Assembly: GCA_016794425.1 (NCBI GenBank)
Contig: JAEUHR010000043.1
Coordinates: 128,141-192,140 of the forward strand
DNA length: 64,000 bases
Reading direction: 5' to 3'
Source of the DNA: Planctomycetota bacterium
Lineage (GTDB): Bacteria; Planctomycetota; UBA1135; UBA2386
Each line of letters opens with the position of its first letter. Positions within the stretch are counted from its first letter, which is position 1. This document shows, in pieces, positions 1-8,416 of the stretch. The position numbers and the translations under genes were made by a program. A model generated the notes under the pieces. That model did no database searches. It worked only from the letters and a program-made list of their open reading frames with translations, and had not been told where the DNA came from.

Positions 1-1
1 C

Positions 2-1375
2 CCCGAAGGCACCCGCGTCGAGGTGCGCGACCTGTTCTTCAACGTGCCGGCGCGGCGGCGCTTCCTGAAGTCGGCCGGCGCCGAGCGCGCGCGCATCGAG
101 GAACTGGTCGCCGAGCTGTCCCTGGCGCGGCTCGAGGTCGACTTCACGCTGGTCGCCGACGGCCGCGAGCGGCTGCGCCTGCCGACCGGCGAGCCGCTGG
201 CGGAGCGCTTCGCGCGCTGCTTCGGCGCCGAACTGCGCCCGGGCCTCCTGGTCGCGGAGCGCGCGTTCCCGGGCCTTGCCGTCGCCGGCGTCGTTGCCGA
301 ACCGGACCTCGCGCGCCGCGACGGCAAGCTCGAGCTGATGTTCGTCAACGGCCGGCTCGCGCGCGAGAGCAGCGCGCTGCACGCGATCCGGCAGGCGTTC
401 CGCGAGTACCTGATGGGCGGGCGCTTCCCGGTCTACGCGCTGCAGGTGACGCTGCCGCCCGACCAGGTCGACGCGAACGTGCATCCGCGCAAGGCCGAGG
501 TGCGGTTCGTCGAAGCGCGCCGCGTCGCCGGTTGCCTGCACGAGACCGTGCGCTCGCTGCTGCAGGCGCGCGGCATCGGCCGCGCCGCCGCGGCCGGTGC
601 GGCGGGCGGCGTCGTGATCGCCGACGCGCTGCCGCGCGCGCGGTCCGGCTTCCCCGAGCTGCCGCGCGACCTGTTCGGCCCGGGCCCGGCGCCGTCGCTG
701 CCGCGCGCCGCGTCGCCGCCCGGGTTCGGCGACGAGGTGCGCGAACCGCCGGCTGCTGCTGCGGCGGCGCCCGCCGCCGCGCTGCCGAACCCGTTCCAGC
801 GCGTCTCCGGCCGCTTCCTGCAGGTGCTGGACCTCTACCTGCTGCTCGAAGGTCCGGACGGCCTCCTGGTGGTCGACCAGCACGCGCTGCACGAGCGCGT
901 CGTCTACGAACGCCTGCGCCGCGAGCACGCGGCGCGCGCGGTGCAGATACAGCGGCTGCTGGTGCCGGCCGTCGTCGACGTGACGCCTAGCGAACTGGCC
1001 TGGCTCGACGACGCGCGCGACGGCCTCGCTGCCCAGGGCCTGCTGGTCGAGCCGTTCGGGCCCGGCGCGGTGGCCGTGCAGGGTCTGCCGGCGGTGCTCG
1101 CCAAGGTCGATCCCAGGCGCCTGGTGCGCGACCTGCTGGCCGCCGGCGCCGAGGACGGCCGCACCGCGGTGCACGAGCGGATCGCCGAGCGCTTCCATTC
1201 GATGGCGTGCCGCGCCGCCGTGATGAGCGGCGACCGGCTCAACGAAGCCGAGATCGCCGCGCTGCTCGCCGAGGCCGCGACGCTCGAACACCCGCACAAC
1301 TGCCCGCACGGTCGACCCACCGTGCTGACGTTCGGCACCGCCGAGCTCGAGCGCTACTTCCGCCGCCGCTGCTGA
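2..1375 (+). CDS. mutL: DNA mismatch repair protein MutL, C-terminal ~450 aa (5' end lies outside the window)
   Basis: The frame is open from the window edge. Motifs FFNVPARRRFLKS, DQHALHERVVYERL (DQHA-x2-E-x4-E endonuclease motif), SMACRAAV and CPHGRPT are typical of endonuclease-type MutL. Confidence 0.9.
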   Translation, partial: PEGTRVEVRDLFFNVPARRRFLKSAGAERARIEELVAELSLARLEVDFTLVADGRERLRLPTGEPLAERFARCFGAELRPGLLVAERAFPGLAVAGVVAEPDLARRDGKLELMFVNGRLARESSALHAIRQAFREYLMGGRFPVYALQVTLPPDQVDANVHPRKAEVRFVEARRVAGCLHETVRSLLQARGIGRAAAAGAAGGVVIADALPRARSGFPELPRDLFGPGPAPSLPRAASPPGFGDEVREPPAAAAAAPAAALPNPFQRVSGRFLQVLDLYLLLEGPDGLLVVDQHALHERVVYERLRREHAARAVQIQRLLVPAVVDVTPSELAWLDDARDGLAAQGLLVEPFGPGAVAVQGLPAVLAKVDPRRLVRDLLAAGAEDGRTAVHERIAERFHSMACRAAVMSGDRLNEAEIAALLAEAATLEHPHNCPHGRPTVLTFGTAELERYFRRRC

Positions 1376-1394
1376 GCGCGCCGCGGCCGGTGCG

Positions 1395-2267
1395 TCACTG
1401 CGGCCGGTCGAAGTCCTCGACGCGCAGCTCGGGGCGCAGCGACAGTGACGTCAGCACCGCGCGGCTCTGCGGCCGCAGCGTGCCGTCGGCGGTGCGGAAC
1501 AGGTGCTCGATGCTGCGCGGCACCAGCAGGTCGTCCTGCTCGTGCAGGTCGACCAGGTGGATGCGTTCGAGCCGCGCCTCGTCGGGCTTGCCGTCGACGC
1601 GAGGGCACACGTCAGCGGTCAGCAGGCGGCCGGTCGCGGCATCGACCCAGACCTTCAGGTGCACCGGCGCGTCGTCGCCGCCCTGCTGCAGCAGCGGGAA
1701 CGCGGGCAGGTCGCCGGCCACGGTGTGGCAGGCGACGACGACCTGGCGCGCCCGCGGCAGCGACTCGTCCTGCACGGGTCCAGGGTTCTCCAGCGCGCGC
1801 AGCACCGCGCCGGGATCGAGGAAGCGCAGCAGCTGCCGGGCGAGGTTCGTGTGGCGCTGGCAGGCGGCGAGGTCGTCGACGAACTCGGCCTTGCGCAGGT
1901 CGGTCGCCTTGCCCTGGAACAACTGCCACGGGCCGTTGCGATCGCGGCCGCGCACGGCTTCGGCGCCGGCTTCGAGCACGTCGTAGCGGATCAGCGGTGC
2001 GGGCGGCTGGCGGCCCGTGGTCGGCCGCTGCAGGAACATCACGTCCAGCGCGACCATGCCGCGCCGTTCCTGTTCGCGGTCGACGACGTGCAGTTCGAGG
2101 TTGGCGCGCAGCGCCGTCACCGGTGCCACCGGGCCGTGCGGCCGGTGGGCGGCGTCGACGCGGGCGGCCAGCGCGGCGAGGTCGGACGGCGGGGCGGGTG
2201 GCGCGGCCGGCGGCGGTTCCTGCGGCAGCGGCAGCCAGAGACCGAGGAGCAGGGGGAGCACGTTCAT
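1395..2267 (-). CDS. hypothetical exported protein
   Basis: Start taken at the internal ATG (MNVLPLLLGLWLPLP, signal-like). The upstream part of the 334-aa ORF is Arg-rich shadow sequence. The rest has balanced composition. No family recognised. Confidence 0.55.
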   Translation of the reverse strand: MNVLPLLLGLWLPLPQEPPPAAPPAPPSDLAALAARVDAAHRPHGPVAPVTALRANLELHVVDREQERRGMVALDVMFLQRPTTGRQPPAPLIRYDVLEAGAEAVRGRDRNGPWQLFQGKATDLRKAEFVDDLAACQRHTNLARQLLRFLDPGAVLRALENPGPVQDESLPRARQVVVACHTVAGDLPAFPLLQQGGDDAPVHLKVWVDAATGRLLTADVCPRVDGKPDEARLERIHLVDLHEQDDLLVPRSIEHLFRTADGTLRPQSRAVLTSLSLRPELRVEDFDRPQ

Positions 2268-2422
2268 GGAGCGTCGGCGGCGGCGCACGTCGGGACCGCG
2301 CCCGCGGCACAGTAGTCGAGCGCGGGGTCGGGCGCCCGTGTTCGCCGGGGTCGGCGGCACCCGGACCGGCCCATACCGCCGCCGGCTCAAGCCCGGCACC
2401 CTCGCCGGCCGATCGCTGTCGC

Positions 2423-3238
2423 ATGTTCCGCCTCGTCGCCACGCTGCTCGTGTTGCTCACCGGGGCGATGCTCCGGGCTCAGGAACGGCCTGCCACGATC
2501 GAGCTGGCCGATGGCCAGGTGCTGCAGGGCACGCTGACGGCACTCGGGCTCGACGCGCTGCAGGTGCGCATCGGCCAGGAAGTGCGCACGGTGCCGGCCG
2601 AACAGGTGCGGGCCGTGCGCTTCCTGCCCGCCGTCGTCCCGCCGGCGCCGCCGGCCGCGCCGGCCGGCGAAGCGGCGCCGGCCGTGCCCGCCAAGGGCGG
2701 CGAGAACGGCAAGAGCGCCCCGCCTCTGCCGGCGAAGGCGCCCACGCGCGTGCCACCGCAGGAACCCGCGGCCGCCGCCGCCGACGAACCGGCCCAGCAG
2801 GGGCCGCCGCGGTCGCGGCTGCGCCAGCGGCTCGACGCGATCGACGAGGCCTATCCGTGGCTCGTGCCCGACGCGCCGACGCAGTGGATCAGCTGCGGTC
2901 TGCTGCTGTTCGCGTTCCTGTCGTTCCTGGTGCACGCTTCGGTGCACGTCATCGGCACCGAGTCGCCGGGTTTCGGCCGCAGCATGGCGCTGGCGCTCTG
3001 GTACGAGCTGACCGGTTTCCTGCAGATGGCGCTGGTGCCGTCCGTGCACGTCGCGACGTTCGCGATGCTGATCGGCAACACGGCGCTGGCGCTGTTCTGG
3101 CTGCGCAGCCTGTTCGGTGTCACGCGCGGCAGTGCCGTGGTCGCGTTCGTCGTGCAGCTCGGCTTCGTCGTGCTCGGTTACGGCGTGCTGGAGCTGGTCA
3201 CGTCGCTGCTGGCTTCGATCGAGCCCGTCCCGGCCTGA
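2423..3238 (+). CDS. hypothetical membrane protein (signal peptide, small beta-rich module, Pro/Ala linker, C-terminal multi-TM region)
   Basis: Only the last 271 codons of ORF 1445-3238 look coding. They start at MFRLVATLLVLLTGAMLRAQ and contain hydrophobic helices (WISCGLLLFAFLSFLV, VVAFVVQLGFVVLGYGVL). Confidence 0.6.
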   Translation: MFRLVATLLVLLTGAMLRAQERPATIELADGQVLQGTLTALGLDALQVRIGQEVRTVPAEQVRAVRFLPAVVPPAPPAAPAGEAAPAVPAKGGENGKSAPPLPAKAPTRVPPQEPAAAAADEPAQQGPPRSRLRQRLDAIDEAYPWLVPDAPTQWISCGLLLFAFLSFLVHASVHVIGTESPGFGRSMALALWYELTGFLQMALVPSVHVATFAMLIGNTALALFWLRSLFGVTRGSAVVAFVVQLGFVVLGYGVLELVTSLLASIEPVPA

Positions 3239-3261
3239 GGGCGGCGGCGCGGGGAGGAGAT

Positions 3262-3331
3262 ACCGGTCCGAGGCGCGGTCGCCTCTCTCACGCGTCCCGT
3301 CCCATACGGAACGCGTCGGCCTCGGACCGGT
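3262..3331. other. long nested inverted repeat / stem-loop
   Basis: Perfect 12-bp arms CCGGTCCGAGGC (3263-3274) and GCCTCGGACCGG (3319-3330), extendable by an A-T pair. The arms enclose a second imperfect palindrome, ACGCGTCCCGT...ACGGAACGCGT. No U-tract follows. Confidence 0.6.
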
Positions 3332-3434
3332 GCATCCCGCAGTCCAACATGCGTGCCACCGGGTTCGGGGCGACCCGCGGCGGGGCGGCGTGCCGGCGGC
3401 GTAGCGGGGGCGTAACGACAGGGCCGCGTCCGCA

Positions 3435-3463
3435 TTGACGGCGCCGGCCCAGCCTCCTACGAA
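3435..3463 (+). promoter_or_regulatory. candidate sigma70-type promoter (TTGACG-N17-TACGAA), possibly giving a leaderless mRNA
   Basis: TTGACG at 3435-3440, a 17-nt spacer, then TACGAA at 3458-3463. The ATG of the thioredoxin gene sits 7 nt downstream at 3470. Motif match only. Confidence 0.25.
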
Positions 3464-3469
3464 CGCGGC

Positions 3470-4246
3470 ATGCCATCGACCCACGTGCGCGAAGTGACCG
3501 CCGCCACCTTCCAGAAGGACGTCGTCGAGCAGTCGATGACGCGGCCGGTGCTGCTCGACTTCTGGGCAGCCTGGTGCGGCCCGTGCCGCACGCTCGGCCC
3601 CGTGCTCGAGAGTCTGGCCGAGGCATACGCCGGCGCGTTCGTGCTCGGCAAGGTCGACACGGAGCGGGAACAGGACCTCGCCTACGCGTTCGGTGTGCAG
3701 GGCATCCCGTTCTGCGTGCTGGTGGACGGCGGTCGGCCGGTGGACGCGTTCCAGGGCGCCTTGCCCGAAGCCGAGGTGCGCAAGTTCCTCGAGCGGAACG
3801 GCATCGAGCCGATGGTCGCCGCGCCGCCGCCACCGCCCGCGCCGGCCGCGGTCGACCCCGCGAGCCCGGCCGGCCGGTATGCGCGGGCCCTGGCCGCGGT
3901 TCGTGCCGGCGATGCGGCGACCGCTCGCACGCTGCTCGACGGCATCCCGGAGGAGGACGAACGGCATGCCGCGGCCGGCCGACTGCGCGGTGGGCTGGCC
4001 TGGTTCGAGGCGGCGCTGGCGCCGTCGGGGCCGCCGGCCGAAGCGGCGCTGGCGGCCGCACGCGCGCGCCTGCTCGCCGGCGACCTGCAGGGCGCGATGG
4101 ACGGGGTGCTGACGTCGGTCGCCGCCGACCGCAACTTCCGCGGCGGGCTCGCGCGGCAGGCGATGCTGCTCTGCTTCGCGCTGGTCGGCGAGGACGACGA
4201 GCGGCTCGACGACTACCGCCGGCGGCTCGCGACGCTGCTCTACTGA
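3470..4246 (+). CDS. thioredoxin-domain protein with C-terminal helical (TPR-like) domain, YbbN/CnoX-like co-chaperone
   Basis: Thioredoxin active site in LLDFWAAWCGPCRTLGP. A ~150-aa Ala/Leu-rich helical tail follows, as in YbbN-type proteins. Confidence 0.85.
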   Translation: MPSTHVREVTAATFQKDVVEQSMTRPVLLDFWAAWCGPCRTLGPVLESLAEAYAGAFVLGKVDTEREQDLAYAFGVQGIPFCVLVDGGRPVDAFQGALPEAEVRKFLERNGIEPMVAAPPPPPAPAAVDPASPAGRYARALAAVRAGDAATARTLLDGIPEEDERHAAAGRLRGGLAWFEAALAPSGPPAEAALAAARARLLAGDLQGAMDGVLTSVAADRNFRGGLARQAMLLCFALVGEDDERLDDYRRRLATLLY

Positions 4247-4247
4247 A

Positions 4248-4268
4248 GCCGGGCCGGGAACGCCCGGC
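4248..4268. terminator. GC hairpin between convergent genes (possible bidirectional terminator)
   Basis: GCCGGGC (4248-4254) and GCCCGGC (4262-4268) with a 7-nt loop. It lies between the stops at 4246 (+) and 4275 (-). There is no clear U-tract. Confidence 0.3.
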
Positions 4269-4274
4269 GCGGCG

Positions 4275-4994
4275 TCACGGCCCGTGCACGCCGGCCGGCT
4301 GGGCCGGCTCGGTCTCGCAGTAGACCACGTGCAGGCGCACCAGTTCGGCCAGCGTGCGCGCGCCGATCTTGCGCATCACGTTCGCGCGGTGGACTTCGAC
4401 GGTCTTCGGGCTGAGGCCCAGCTTGGCGGCGACTTCCTTGTTGGCCGCGCCCTGCACGACCAGCTCCATGACCTCGTGTTCGCGCGGCGACAGCGTGCCG
4501 AACCGCTTCAGCACGCTGGCGCGCTCGTCAGCGCGGTCGCGGCGGTCGCGGTCGACCTGGATCGCGCGCTGCAGCAGTTCGCGCATCCGCGTGATCTCGA
4601 ACGGCTTCTCGAGGAAGTCGATGCTGCCGAGCTTCAGCGCCTGCACGGCCTCGGCGACCTTGCCGATGCCGCTCATGAACACGACCGGCATGCCGTTGCC
4701 GGCCGACACGAGGTGTTGCAGCAGGTCGAGGCCGGTGCCGTCCGGCAACATCAGGTCGAACACGAAGCAGCCGGGCCGGTCCGGCCCGGGGCGCGACTCG
4801 AACTCGGTGATCGAACCGTAGGTCACGACGTCACAGCCGAGCTGCGCACCGAGCGTCCGCAACAATCCCTGGATGCCGACATCGTCGTCGACGACCTGGA
4901 TGCACGGGCGACCGCGGTGTTCCGCGAGCGTGGGGCCGTGATGAACGGGGTTGTGCATGCGTCTCTCCTCCCGGGACGGGCGCCGGGCACCCAT
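4275..4994 (-). CDS. FixJ/NarL-family response regulator (receiver + LuxR-type HTH)
   Basis: Receiver motifs [15 protein letters not shown] and KPF. HTH region [42 protein letters not shown]. The start could be the internal MHNP at 4958. Confidence 0.85.
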   Translation of the reverse strand: MGARRPSREERRMHNPVHHGPTLAEHRGRPCIQVVDDDVGIQGLLRTLGAQLGCDVVTYGSITEFESRPGPDRPGCFVFDLMLPDGTGLDLLQHLVSAGNGMPVVFMSGIGKVAEAVQALKLGSIDFLEKPFEITRMRELLQRAIQVDRDRRDRADERASVLKRFGTLSPREHEVMELVVQGAANKEVAAKLGLSPKTVEVHRANVMRKIGARTLAELVRLHVVYCETEPAQPAGVHGP

Positions 4995-5081
4995 GCCATC
5001 GGCCGTGCGGCCCTGGCAGCTTGAGCGACTGTGCGAGAACTCGACGCCGCCAGCGTGCCGGTCCCGCCGCGAGCCAGGCGG

Positions 5082-5714
5082 TCACGCCGGTCGCCGGGCC
5101 GCGCGCCGCAGCCGCAGCGCGACGACGGCGCCGCTGACCAGCGAACCGGCGAACGCCAGCGCCATGTCCTTCTGTGCGTCGAACGGGTCGCCCTGCTGGC
5201 CGTTGTAGGCCTCGGCGGCCTCGGGGCTCAGCGCGACGGCGATGCCCCACTCGGCGAGTTCGTAGAGCTTGCTGATCACGCCGACGAACGCGACCGCGAC
5301 CAGCACCGTCCACAGCGGCTTCGGGGCGACGTGGCGGTGCACGAGTTCGGCGAGCACCGGCAGCACCGAGAGACCGAAGCACAGGTGCACGAACCGGTCG
5401 TAGTGGTTGCGCGTGGCCGCGAACAGGTCCGACGGCCGCACGCCGCACAGCGCTTCGCCCCACGCGTCGTACGGCACGCGCGAGTAGAGGAAGTGCGCGC
5501 CGACCACGTGCAGCAGCGTGAACACGAACAGCAGCGTGCAGAGGCCGTTGCCGAGCGGCACGCCGCCGCGGCGCCGCTCGTACCAGACCAGGAAGCCGAG
5601 TGCTGCCGCGGTCGGCAGGTGTTCGAGGCACCAGTCGCGGCGGTCGTACGGAGCGATCCCGCTGCCGGCGATCGCCAGCAGGACCAGCAGCAGCAGCCAC
5701 CCGCGGTACGGCAT
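5082..5714 (-). CDS. DUF2238 / YjdF-like inner-membrane protein
   Basis: Multi-TM protein. The strings RNHYDRFVH, LYELAEWG and AYNGQQGDPFDAQKDM match my memory of the YjdF family. Confidence 0.7.
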   Translation of the reverse strand: MPYRGWLLLLVLLAIAGSGIAPYDRRDWCLEHLPTAAALGFLVWYERRRGGVPLGNGLCTLLFVFTLLHVVGAHFLYSRVPYDAWGEALCGVRPSDLFAATRNHYDRFVHLCFGLSVLPVLAELVHRHVAPKPLWTVLVAVAFVGVISKLYELAEWGIAVALSPEAAEAYNGQQGDPFDAQKDMALAFAGSLVSGAVVALRLRRAARRPA

Positions 5715-5726
5715 CGCCGGCCCGCG

Positions 5727-6164
5727 TCACTCGGCCGCGAGCCGCGTCGGCGACGTGCGCTGCAGGAACTCGCCGACCGCCGCCATCTCGCGCGCCAGCA
5801 GCGCCAGCACGTCCTCGAGGCTGACGATGCCGACCATGCGTCCATCCGCGTCGACGACCGGCAGCCGCCGCACCGCTTCCTGGCGCATGCGCGCGAGCGC
5901 GGTCTCGATCGAGGCGTCCTCGCGCACGACCTCGACGTGGCCGGTCATCACGTCGGCGACCGTGATGCCGCGCGGGTGGTCGCCGGCGCCGACGACGCGC
6001 AGCGCCAGGTCGCGATCGGTCAGCATGCCGATCGGGCGGTCGTGCACGTCGACCACGACCAGCGTGCCGACGCAGCGGGTCGCCATGCGCTGCGCGGCGG
6101 TCTGCACGATCTCGGTCGGCAACGCCGTGTCGACCCGGCGCTGGCAGATGGAAGCGATCGTCAT
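5727..6164 (-). CDS. CBS-domain pair protein
   Basis: Internal ATG start (MTIASICQRR). There are two CBS-like repeats (VGTLVVVD...GMLTDRDL and RRLPVVDADGRMVGIVSLEDV). The upstream part of the 247-aa ORF is shadow sequence. Confidence 0.8.
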   Translation of the reverse strand: MTIASICQRRVDTALPTEIVQTAAQRMATRCVGTLVVVDVHDRPIGMLTDRDLALRVVGAGDHPRGITVADVMTGHVEVVREDASIETALARMRQEAVRRLPVVDADGRMVGIVSLEDVLALLAREMAAVGEFLQRTSPTRLAAE

Positions 6165-6285
6165 CGGGCACCTCCGATCGGGGCGCGAAGGCGCCCCGAT
6201 CGCGCCATCGTCGCACGGCCAGGGCCGGCTGGCGACGGGGCCCTTCGGCGCAGGTGCGCGCCGCCGTTCGTCCCCTCCGGCCCGG

Positions 6286-6786
6286 TCAGCGCACCGCCGC
6301 GATCGCCTTCGCGTAGTCGGGTTCCTGCGCGATCTCCGGCACCAGCTCGGTGTGCACGACCTTGCCCTTGGCGTCGAGCACGACCACCGCGCGCGCGAAC
6401 AGGCCTGCCAGCGGTCCGTCGGCCATCGTGACGCCGTAGGCCTGGCCGAAGTCCGGGCCGCGGAACGCACTGGCGGTCACGACCTGGTCGATGCCCTCGG
6501 CGCCGCAGAAGCGCTTCATCGCGAACGGCAGGTCCTTCGACACGCACAGCACGACCGTGTTCGGCATCGACGCCGCCTGCTGGTGGAACTTGCGCACCGA
6601 CGTCGCGCAGACGCCGGTGTCGATGCTCGGGAAGATGTTCAGCACGACGTTCTTGCCGGCGACGTCGCGGTTGCCGATCGCCGCGAGGTCGTTCTTCACC
6701 AGCGTGAACTCGGGCGCCGGGGTGCCGATGCGCGGAAGGTCGCCGACGGTGGCGACGGGATTGCCCTTGAACGTGATCTTGGCCAT
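6286..6786 (-). CDS. tpx: thiol peroxidase (atypical 2-Cys peroxiredoxin)
   Basis: [11 protein letters not shown]...PAPEFTLV...[12 protein letters not shown]...[15 protein letters not shown] is the classic Tpx layout, with both peroxidatic and resolving Cys. Confidence 0.9.
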   Translation of the reverse strand: MAKITFKGNPVATVGDLPRIGTPAPEFTLVKNDLAAIGNRDVAGKNVVLNIFPSIDTGVCATSVRKFHQQAASMPNTVVLCVSKDLPFAMKRFCGAEGIDQVVTASAFRGPDFGQAYGVTMADGPLAGLFARAVVVLDAKGKVVHTELVPEIAQEPDYAKAIAAVR

Positions 6787-6829
6787 GCCCGCACGCTAGG
6801 CGAACCCGCGTCCGCGCACCAGCCGCGCG

Positions 6830-7660
6830 TCAGGTGCCGAGCAGGCGCAGCGCCAGCTGCGGCTGCAGGTTGGCCTGCGCCAGCACGGCGACGGCGGCCT
6901 GCTGCAGGATCTGGTCGCGCGCCAGCTGCGCCGTCTCGCGCGCGATGTCGACGTCGCGGATCCGCGATTCGGCGGCAGCGAGGTTCTCGCTCTGCACGGC
7001 GAGGTTGCGGATCGTGCTCTCGAGGCGGTTCTGCATCGCGCCGAACGTGCCGCGCGTGCGCGACACGCTGTCGATCGCCTGGTCGATCGCGGCCAGCGAC
7101 GTCGTCGCCGCGCCGACGTTGGTGACGGCCAGCACGTCGAGACCGAGGCCCGTCGCCAGCACGGCGGTCAGGTTGGCGGCCATCGTGTCGACGCCGGTCT
7201 CGGTGCCGAAGCCGATCTGGAACACGACCGACGAGGCGGTGCCGTCGAGCAGCTTGATGCCGTTGAACTCGGTGCCGCGGCCGATGCGGTCGATCTCGTC
7301 GACCAGTTCCTGGAACTCCTCGTCGAGCGTCGAGCGGTCCTGCTGCGACACCGAGCCGTTCGCGGCCTGCACGGCGAGTTCGCGCAGGCGCAGCAGGATG
7401 TTGCCGACCTCGCTGAGCGCGCCTTCGCCGGTCTGCACCAGGGAGATGCCGTCGGCCGCGTTGCGCCGGGCCTGGTCGAGCGAGCGGACCTGCGCGCGCA
7501 GCCGTTCGGAGATCGCGAGCCCGGCCGCGTCGTCGGCGGCGGTCGCGATGCGCAGGCCGGTCGCGAGCCGCCGGTAGCTGCCGGCGAGCCGGTCCGTCAC
7601 CGTGCTGAGCGCGCGCTGCGCGGTCAGCGAGGCGATGTTGGTGTTGATGCGCAGGCCCAT
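6830..7660 (-). CDS. fliC: flagellin (short, 276 aa)
   Basis: N-terminus MGLRINTNIASLTAQRAL, then AADDAAGLAISERL. C-terminus GAMQNRLESTIRNL...ESRIRDVDIARE...QANLQPQLALRLL. The ATG at 7658-7660 was checked in frame. Confidence 0.9.
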   Translation of the reverse strand: MGLRINTNIASLTAQRALSTVTDRLAGSYRRLATGLRIATAADDAAGLAISERLRAQVRSLDQARRNAADGISLVQTGEGALSEVGNILLRLRELAVQAANGSVSQQDRSTLDEEFQELVDEIDRIGRGTEFNGIKLLDGTASSVVFQIGFGTETGVDTMAANLTAVLATGLGLDVLAVTNVGAATTSLAAIDQAIDSVSRTRGTFGAMQNRLESTIRNLAVQSENLAAAESRIRDVDIARETAQLARDQILQQAAVAVLAQANLQPQLALRLLGT

Positions 7661-7684
7661 GCGCGGTTCCCCACGCAGCCCATC

Positions 7685-7713
7685 GTCACTTCTCGGGGCA
7701 CCACTCAAGTGAC
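7685..7713. promoter_or_regulatory. inverted repeat GTCACTT-N15-AAGTGAC in the flagellin leader / GntR upstream region
   Basis: 7-bp perfect arms at 7685-7691 and 7707-7713. It could be an RNA hairpin in the flagellin 5' leader. Confidence 0.3.
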
Positions 7714-7715
7714 CA

Positions 7716-7737
7716 CCGTGCTAGGTCGATAGCACGG
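7716..7737. promoter_or_regulatory. palindrome CCGTGCTA-N6-TAGCACGG, candidate operator
   Basis: 8-bp perfect arms at 7716-7723 and 7730-7737. It ends 3 nt before the GTG start of the GntR-family gene. GntR regulators typically bind palindromes. Confidence 0.3.
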
Positions 7738-7740
7738 TTC

Positions 7741-8148
7741 GTGAACGTCCGCGTCGACCCGCACAGCCTGGTGCCGCCGAGCCAGCAGCTCGTCGCTGCC
7801 GTGCTCGATGCGATCGCGCGCGGCGAGCTCGGGCCCGGCGACCGGCTGCCGTCGGTGCGCGGCCTCGCCGCGCAGGCGCTGGTCAATCCGAACACCGTGA
7901 CGAAGGCGTGGCGCGACCTCGAGCACCTCGGTGCCACCGAGGGGCGCAACGGCTCGGGCGTCTACGTGACTGCGGCCGGCCCGGAGCTGGCGCGCGCGCT
8001 GCGGCTCGCGGAGACGCTGCGCGGCTTCGTCGACGCGGCGCGGCAGGCGTTGCGGGCAGGCCACGAGCCGGCTGCGCTCGCCACGGCGCTGCAGGCGGAA
8101 CAAGACCATTGGCAGGGCGCCGCGGTGGCGGCGCGGGGGGAACCATGA
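7741..8148 (+). CDS. GntR-family transcriptional regulator, short YtrA-like type
   Basis: Winged-helix motif GDRLPSVRGLAAQALVNPNTVTKAWRDLEHLG. At 135 aa it has no UTRA or FCD effector domain. Confidence 0.8.
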   Translation: MNVRVDPHSLVPPSQQLVAAVLDAIARGELGPGDRLPSVRGLAAQALVNPNTVTKAWRDLEHLGATEGRNGSGVYVTAAGPELARALRLAETLRGFVDAARQALRAGHEPAALATALQAEQDHWQGAAVAARGEP

Positions 8149-8312
8149 ACGGCGTGGTGCGCGTCGAAGGAGTCTCGTTCGGCTTCGGCCGGAAGCGCGA
8201 GGTCGTGGCGTTCGGCCCGGACGACACGCTGCTGCTGCGCGATGGCGCGCGCATCGACCGCGTCGACGTGGCGACCGGCGCGCGCACGACCTTGTTCCCG
8301 CGTTCGCGGTGA
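8145..8312 (+). CDS. 55-aa ORF overlap-coupled (ATGA) to the GntR gene; possible remnant of an ABC ATPase N-terminus
   Basis: The ATG at 8145 overlaps the TGA at 8146-8148. VVRVEGVSFGFGRKREV resembles the first strand of ABC ATPases, but no Walker A follows. Weak support. Confidence 0.25.
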   Translation: MNGVVRVEGVSFGFGRKREVVAFGPDDTLLLRDGARIDRVDVATGARTTLFPRSR

Positions 8313-8416
8313 CCACGCCCGCATCGGGCACCTTTTCCGCTCGGTGCCGGTGGCTTCCGCGCGCGCGGTCGCGACAATCCGGACGCCCAGACCATCTCCC
8401 CGGAGAGACGCCCCCG

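Noticed and set aside
1445-2422. N-terminal 326 codons of ORF 1445-3238
   Set aside because: The region is Arg/Ala/Gly/Pro-rich and antisense to the 1395-2267 gene. Protein-like sequence with a signal peptide begins only at the ATG at 2423.
7741-8148. GntR-family gene as the hut repressor HutC
   Set aside because: At 135 aa it lacks the UTRA effector domain of HutC. It is also separated from hutH by three unrelated genes.
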